Under the pieces are notes generated by a model. The model made no database searches and was not told where the DNA came from. It saw only the letters and a program-made list of their open reading frames with translations. A stretch of 64,000 nt of DNA from Eledone cirrhosa. Taxonomy: Eukaryota. The stretch covers positions 35,712,001 to 35,776,000 of the forward strand of contig OZ024747.1 of assembly GCA_964016885.1 (NCBI GenBank), given 5' to 3'. Every line of letters begins with the position of its first letter. Position 1 is the first letter of the stretch. This document shows positions 57,101-64,000 of this stretch, piece by piece. A program made the translations under genes and the position numbers.

Positions 57101-58045
57101 GTATACGAACACACATAAACAAACAAACACACAGGCAGAAAGGGCCCCAAAAATGAATAAGCATAAGTTTCATTGTAATGTAGTGTTCGAATGTCTGACT
57201 TAGTTTTTGTTTTTTTAGTTTTAGTTTTTTCCCCCCTCTTCTCTGTCCGTCCGCCTGCTTCTCTCTTCATTCTTATTTTCTTTACGTTTTTTTTTTTTTT
57301 TGTTTTTGTTTTTCTCTGTTTGTTTTTTTCGTTTTTTGCTGTTGTTGCTGTGCTGCTTTGGTTTTGTTGTTTGTTTTTTCTTTTTTCTTTTGAGTCTATC
57401 TATATATTTTGATGTCTCCCTCTTTTTTAGTAGTAGGAATTCTATAATGTGGTGGCAGCAGCTAGCTTGAAGATGTGGGAGACTGGCGGCGGTAGCGATA
57501 ATGAGACAGTGGTGGTGGTGATGTCGATACCGAGGCAGTGGTGGTGGTGATGTGATCGTATTACCGTAGTGATGGTGTTGTAGCGGTGGTAGCAGTGAAG
57601 GAGTGAAGGAGTGGTGGCGGCGGTGATGGGATAGTGGTGGTAATGATGGCAGTAGTGAGCGGTGGTGGTGAAATTCCCGTTATCTCGCTGTTGTGTTTAG
57701 TGTACACAGGTGATGAGGTGGGTGGTGTATCTAGTTTCTGGTGTTGGTGAGTTTGGCTGTTCTATATAGTGTAGACATAGGAGAGGAAGGGGGGGGGGGT
57801 TATTCTTCCATTTATAGCCATTTTCTTTTTTGGATATACAGTGTACAATACAAAGTTGAATATTTGAATATTTGAGCCTTATAACAATATATTTTGGGTC
57901 CGAATTGTTTGGGGCTCAAGCCGGGTGCTTTACGTAGCATTTGTACTAAGAGTTGTTATTTCACAAATGATTTAAATATGTTAAAAATTCAAAACTTACG
58001 GGAGCGATTTCATGACCTCCGCCACCTCGTGCGTCTTCTTCCCTT
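57100..58045 (-). repeat. Segment X copy 2 with Lys-rich low-complexity extension
   Basis: Direct repeat of copy 1 over ~570 bp. Confidence 0.65.
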
Positions 58046-58278
58046 CCCATTATGGCCGCACATGTATGAAGACAGACAAGTCTGCGGGGGAAACGGTTCG
58101 TAGCTTTAAGCTGTTTTAAAGTGTCTTCTTTTGTATTTTCTTGTCATTAACGAAACTTAAGGTACACATCTTGATTTAAAGAGAGGGATACCTCTCAATA
58201 TTCGGGCTTTAAGCCCGATTATTCAGATTTATTTTTAAAATCTTCGAAAAAAAATCGCTTCCCCACCAAAAGAAAATT

Positions 58279-60228
58279 ATGGAAATTTTCGACCTTGAAA
58301 CGGTAAACAACGTTCAGGTCAAAAGTTTAAAGGCAGCCACTGCAGATTTCACCACGACTACGGCGGCTACAGTCATGCCTGTCATCCACTCTACTGAATG
58401 TGAAGGCAAAACTAAAAAGCTACCATCACAATCTTCTGGCATAGCAGCAGTATCATCTGAAAACGACATCACCACCACCGCCACCACCACCACCACCACC
58501 ACCACAACAACAACTCAGAGCAATAACGACAAAAACACCGACAGCTTCAATGTAAACAAGGATGGCGGTGGCAACAGCAAGAATGACAACAACAACAATA
58601 AGAGCATCAGAAACACCACATTTGCTGCAGCAGCAGCAGCAAAAACAAAGCGCTTATTGAATATCGATATTGATATTAGCGATAAAGACGAACAGTTAGC
58701 CAAAGCGTGGAGGCTAATTAAACGGGAGAAGTCCTGGGCAAACCTGACCATCCAAAGGAGGACGGTGCTCTTTCGATGTATTTCGGTGCAGACACGAAAA
58801 GTGGAACTTGCGAGCCAAGCAGAGGTAGAGGCTGCGTTGGAGTACATCGGAAGTAACATAGAGTACAAAGCAAGAGGCAAACAGTTCGGTACCATCTCGG
58901 TCCTGTTCAAATCCGAGGCCCTCGCTATTAAGTACTCGGTGATCCCCTGCAGAACGGAACGCATTATCATGCATCCGTCCTATATGGGTAAAAGGACAGT
59001 GAAGGTACGCATTCCCAGCATCCCACCAGGAATGAACATATGGTGACTGCTGGGATGCGTAATCGAGGAGGGGACAGACACCACCCTCCTGGACATCAAA
59101 AGGACAGAGAGAGAAGACTGGTCCGGAATGGATTTGGAGATTCTTCTTCAAATGAAACCGGAGGATATAAATAACATCTCAGATTTTGCCCGCCTGCAGG
59201 ACGGGACAACAATCCAACTAATGATTGACGGAAGAAGGCCACGCTGCTTCGTTTGCGGGGAAGCCACGCATCTTCAAGCCTTCTGCCCTCAGCGCAAAAA
59301 TGCAGGGGGTCTCAAACCTCCTTTGTTGCCAACGCCAGTGTCAGCACGGAAAGCTGCAGCACCACCACCACCAAAAACATCAACAAAAACACGGACACCA
59401 ACATCAAAAGCAGCCGGATCACCACCAACACCAAAACCAATCCAAGGAGAAAACGAGGAAAGCTCTCCCCCTCCCCCCCCCAACTATATACATAGACAAA
59501 AAAAAAATAAACGCACACACAGACACAGAGACACTCACTGACACAGACCCTTTGTCTTCCAGCAGCGAAGATGAAGGAAAACCCAAATGTGCAAAAAAAC
59601 AGAGAAAGCTCACACAAAAAAAAAGCCCCTACAAAGCACAAAAAAACACACAACAAAAAATACAGACACCACTAACGCAGACACTTCCCCAATAACATCA
59701 GCACCATCAGCAACATCGACACCACCTCCACAATCCCCGAAACGCAAACAACCCAAACAAACACAAGTACAAATAAACACAAAAATACCTGAAATTGCAG
59801 ACACCACACCTACAACAAACATAGACATACCCGAAACAACACCACCAAAACCATCGCCACCACCTTCACCAAAACGAAAACAAATAAAACCACACCAACA
59901 AAATGTTAAAAACTTCGTGCTTGTCAGAAGGGCCAACGATAAACTGATGGCCCTTTTAGCGCGAAGCGAGGACATTCAAACAGAGGGGGAGATTTTTGAA
60001 ATGAGCACATTTTGCGTGCCAGAAGATTTGCTTCTGGTCCGAATGTCACTCAATTCTTTCAAAGAATTTCGAGAGAGCTTTCCTCAAGACGTGGGAAACC
60101 CGAATGTGAAACCCACATCAAGACTTTTAAAGGGGTTCCCAAAAGAAACCCCACCAACCATGGAGGTCGAACCACCCGACCTTCACAAGACCCGGGAGGT
60201 AAGTAAACCTTCCCTCTCTCTCTCTTAG
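58279..60228 (+). pseudogene. Tx1 ORF1 (gag-like), interrupted
   Basis: CFVCGEATHLQAFC knuckle; in-frame TGA at 59044 and homopolymer frameshifts at ~59470-59620. Confidence 0.8.
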
Positions 60229-60237
60229 CTTACCAAT

Positions 60238-63200
60238 ATGGCCATATTAAGAGTAGGAAGTTCAAATGTTCGCGGCCTGGGGTCACCCTGGAAGCAGGGT
60301 CGCCTGCTCAACGACCTCCGGTCGCTGGAAATGGATGTGATTGCCGTAAGCGAGACCAGAATTTCCGACACGCGTGCACTAGCCCCCATTTTCGACGACT
60401 ATCAGATCTTCGCATCTGTTAGCAGGCCGGGAATGGGGGGTGGGGTGGCAGTGCTGTTTAGGAAAGGACTGGATCTCGAGGTAAGGTCGATCTTCCGGGA
60501 CCCGGACGGTAAGTTGGTGGTCTTGGATTTGAGCAGTAGCGAAGGTGGTGCCTTTAGACTGCTGGCCGCCTACGCCCCTACAAGTGCCGGACGACCTGAC
60601 TTCTTTAGGCGCCTGGAGACCTTTCTGGGTACGTCTCGCCCTTTACTGTTAGCGGGGGACTGGAATGGCATCTTAGACGCACGCTGGGATTGTGTGGGAG
60701 TAGCTGATAGGAGCGGGGGGTGCAAAAGCCTCAAGAACCTACTCAGCCAGTTCCAACTGTCTGACAGGTATCGACTAGATTTCCCAATGTGCCAGTATGG
60801 ACATGGACCAACCGAATGGGGTCATCTATATCGTATATAGACAGAATCTTCATTAGGAAAATAGATAGAAATAGTGTGGGCTGTCCACTTTTTAAAACGG
60901 TCGCCTATTCAGATCACAAATTTGTGATCTGTACGGTCGACCTAAATAAAACGCGTAGGTAAGGACCGGGTTACTGGAAGCTGAACATGTCATTTCCGGC
61001 ACGTAAGACTTACAGGGACCGAGTCAATAAGTTAGTTAAGCAAAAGTTGACAGGGGGGATCATCAACAACAGATGGTGGGGGGCTCTCAAAAGAGAGATT
61101 AGAGTAACTTCGATATAGTTCAGCAAAGAAAAATAGAAAGGAGGGGGAGCTTGTAGATAAGTTAGACGAGGCTATTTGTAGTGGCATCGCAACTGACGTG
61201 CTAGCGGCGAGAATGGCATTAGACCATTTCTTCAATGCCAAACACGAAGGTTGCATTGTCAGAGCTAAGGCGCGTGCGCTGAGAAACGAGGGAACTAAAG
61301 CTGTTCGATGGGCCCGCGTGGCGGAGGCGCAGCGTGGTAATAAAACCACAATTCGGTCTTTGGCGGACCGAGACGGACACGAGATAAGCGATTCCAAGCG
61401 GATGTGTGAGGCCTTTCGGCAGCACTTTGCTCGGTTGTTCGGGGAGAGTGGTGGGTCAGAGAGAGTAGCGGATTTCAGTCCCTACCTTGACGGCTTGCCG
61501 CGCATCTCGACGGTCGACGCTGAGCGCTGCGAAAGGCCGATTACTTCAGCCGAAATTCCGGACGCCCTTGTCGGCTGCATGAGGCGCAAGTCACCAGGCT
61601 TGGATGGCCTGCCCTACGAGCTTTATGTAAATATGCCAGACTTGTTCTCCAAACTCCTTGAAGCACTCTACTGTAACTGGCAGCAGAATGGGAGTATTCC
61701 CAGTTCTGTGAGCAGGGGAGTGGTGACGCTGATAAAGAAAGACGAGAACAAGAGGGATACATTAGACAACTTCAGGCCCATAACTCTGCTCAACACAGAG
61801 TTTAAGATTTTGGCCAAGGTGTTAGCAAAGAGATTGGCGCTTGTCGTCGAGGATTTGGTTGGGGAGGCGCAAACTTGCGCAATCCCAGCCAGGTCCATAC
61901 ACGACAATCTCCACCTCATTCGATACATCATAGAGAGGGTAGGGTGTAAACCTGGCTTCGGTGGGGCACTGATCAATTTAGATCAATCGAAAGCATTCGA
62001 TAGGGTCGACCATCGGTATCTGGAGTTTGTCCTCAAAGCAGCTGGCTTCGGCCCTGTCTTTAGAAGCTGGATCGTTGCAATGCACAGCGGCACACGCTCG
62101 GTGGTCAAAGTTAATGGCCACCTCTCGGAAACATTTCGGCTCTCCCGATCGGTCCGTCAAGGGTGCCCTCTCTCTTCCCTTCTGTACGTATTGACTCTCG
62201 AGCCTTTACTGCGGAAGCTGGAGCTGTTGCAGGGCATCCCGCTCGAACCGGGACATGGAAAGGCGGTGTCGGCTTATGCGGACGACATCACCGTGATGGT
62301 GTCGAACACCTCAGAAATCGAGGTGGTCGGCACCTTATTGAAAGAATATGAAAGGTTGACAGGAGCCAAACTTAACCCGGAAAAGTCGGTGGGCTTGCAG
62401 CTCGGAACCTGGAGAGGCAAGCCCATGCCGTCCAACAGCGTCGTGGGGCGCTGGACGGACGGACCAGTAAAGTTGCTCCGGGTTTGGTTCGGGCCAGACC
62501 TCCAGGTGGAAAAGAATTGGGACGAGGTAACGAGCAGAGTAGCCAGTCTCACCCAAAAATGGGCTGGGAGGAAGCTATCACTGAAAGGTCGCGCGGAGGT
62601 GGCGAATGCGTACATCGCGTCCGTCATCTATTACCGCCTAACCGTCGTGCCCTGCCCCCGTCCGCGCCTCGTCAAGCTGGAATGGCTCCTCCTCAAATTC
62701 TTGTGGAGGGGACAAGTTCCGTTGGTGAGGTGGTCCATCTGCTGCCAGCACCCTCTACACGGAGGGCTGGGCATGCCGTGGCTAATGATGCGCAGACATG
62801 CGTTGAGGCTGCGACATCTCCAGATATTCTGCCTCAATGGTGAACAGGTGTGGTCGCCGTTTATCAGACGGGCCTTTCCGCAGCTCATTTCTTTGACTGA
62901 GCTGCAGTCCTGGGTCAAGAAGAGACCGAGACTGGATGACTGGCACCTGGAATGTTGCCAGGCACTCACTGCCCTCTACCAAGCGGGCAATGCGATCAGT
63001 AGAACTTCCACTCTCGAGTTTTATAGAGGATTATTGGTGGGCGAAGCTTTGGGCCTCGACGAAGTCGAATTGACCAGTCTGTACCGGAGGACTTTTGAGC
63101 CGGGGACGATGGACAATTTCCAGAAATCCCCCGCTTGGCAGTGCAACCGGGGGGCACTGCCAGTTCGGGATAAACTCTACAGGCACGGAAGTGCTGTCAG

Positions 63201-63642
63201 ACGGACCTGCCCAAGATGCGCACAGAACGACGAAACCGTTCTGCACGCACTTGTCCAATGTCCGTGCATTACTGACTTGTGGAGTTATGTCGAACAGCTA
63301 CTGTCGCGTGTGGAACGAATCCAGTTATCGGCCGAGTCCATAGTGAAGATCGAGCTGCCACCTTCCTTAGGTCAGGAAGAGCAGGACATTTTCCTCTGTC
63401 TGTTGGCAGTTGCGAAACAGATTATATGGTGGACCAGGTTGAAAGGACTAAAGACAGACACTTTTCTCTTCGGCCAATCCCTCATCAACTTCTTCAAGTT
63501 TCACATGGAAAGGAGGGTGAGGGTGGAGAGAGAAGTGCTGCCCCCCAGTACATTTGCTAAAAGGTGGGTGAATGTGGCAAGAATGGCTCGTGACCATGCG
63601 CCTATAGGCAAGAATGGCTCTGACCATGCGCCTATAGGCTAG
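60238..63642 (+). pseudogene. Tx1 ORF2: AP endonuclease, RT and CCHC; 814-aa RT portion still open
   Basis: SSNVRGL, SETR, AGDWN, SDH; KSPGLDGL, NFRPITLLN, DQSKAFDRV, RQGCPLS, YADD, CPRC..ETVLHALVQC. Lesions at ~60790-61140. Confidence 0.92.
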
Positions 63643-63911
63643 CTAACTTGAGGAGAGGGGTGCTCTCCTGGGTGCCCTAGAAGCGCAGGGTGGTTCAGGA
63701 TTGGTGGGGTACCCGAATCACCCCATGGTCGTCCACCCCCTATCGGGGAATTTATTTTGTTGTATTTTGCATAGTTTATTTTATATTTTATATTTTCATT
63801 GTTAAATTAGTCTTGCCATTGTGCACTTTTACTCGACCTTATTGTAAACCCCCACTGTCCCTGTCTTTGTATTGTCCCCTACATGTCGGCCCTTGTGGCT
63901 AATAAATGAAA

Positions 63912-63913
<2 letters not shown>

Positions 63914-63970
<57 letters not shown>

Positions 63971-64000
63971 GTTATTACTCCTTGAGTCTCAGTCATTGAT
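63914..64000 (-). mobile_element. (TAA)n tail and 3' terminus of another copy of the second Dong family
   Basis: tccttgagtctcagtcattgat matches tccttgaatctcagtcattgat at 53511-53532. Only 22 nt are visible. Confidence 0.7.

Larger units (their letters stand above)
58046..63913 (+). mobile_element. Full-length L1/Tx1-clade LINE
   Basis: 5' UTR, ORF1 with zinc knuckle, ORF2 APE-RT-CCHC, and 3' UTR with AATAAA at 63901 followed by (ATT)n. Confidence 0.92.

Noticed and set aside
59044-59046. TGA read-through in Tx1 ORF1
   Set aside because: The element has several other lesions, so a simple nonsense mutation is more likely.
63577-63639. ~31-bp tandem duplication at the Tx1 ORF2 end
   Set aside because: Local duplication with no evident function.

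Overview
AT-rich animal genomic DNA, almost all repeats. The SINE family and microsatellite load look octopus-like, but that taxon call is inference. About 1-47 kb is a (TA)n-rich landscape. It holds Penelope-like retroelements (PLEs): one Neptune-type, three Naiad-type and one unassigned, with RT plus GIY-YIG and pseudo-LTRs. It also holds RTE LINE remnants, tRNA-derived Deu/Nin-domain SINEs, and many NON-coding fold-back elements carrying type I hammerhead ribozyme (HHR) motifs. Several of the latter share one architecture: (TA)n - inverted partial copy - 1.1 to 1.8 tandem copies of a 467, 516, 662 or ~1340 nt monomer with one HHR per monomer - (TA)n. That is a retrozyme-like signature (possibly circular RNA, mobilised by PLEs). 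About 20 intact or decayed HHR motifs from at least 8 unrelated families were found by eye, some with family-wide non-canonical cores. About 48-64 kb is a (TAA)n-associated LINE cluster: two full-length decayed R4/Dong elements, the 3' end of a third, and a full-length L1/Tx1 element sitting in a site whose empty version is present 4.6 kb upstream. Three small phase-compatible minus-strand exons suggest much of the window is intronic (low confidence). All folds and alignments were done by eye; nothing was computed or searched.
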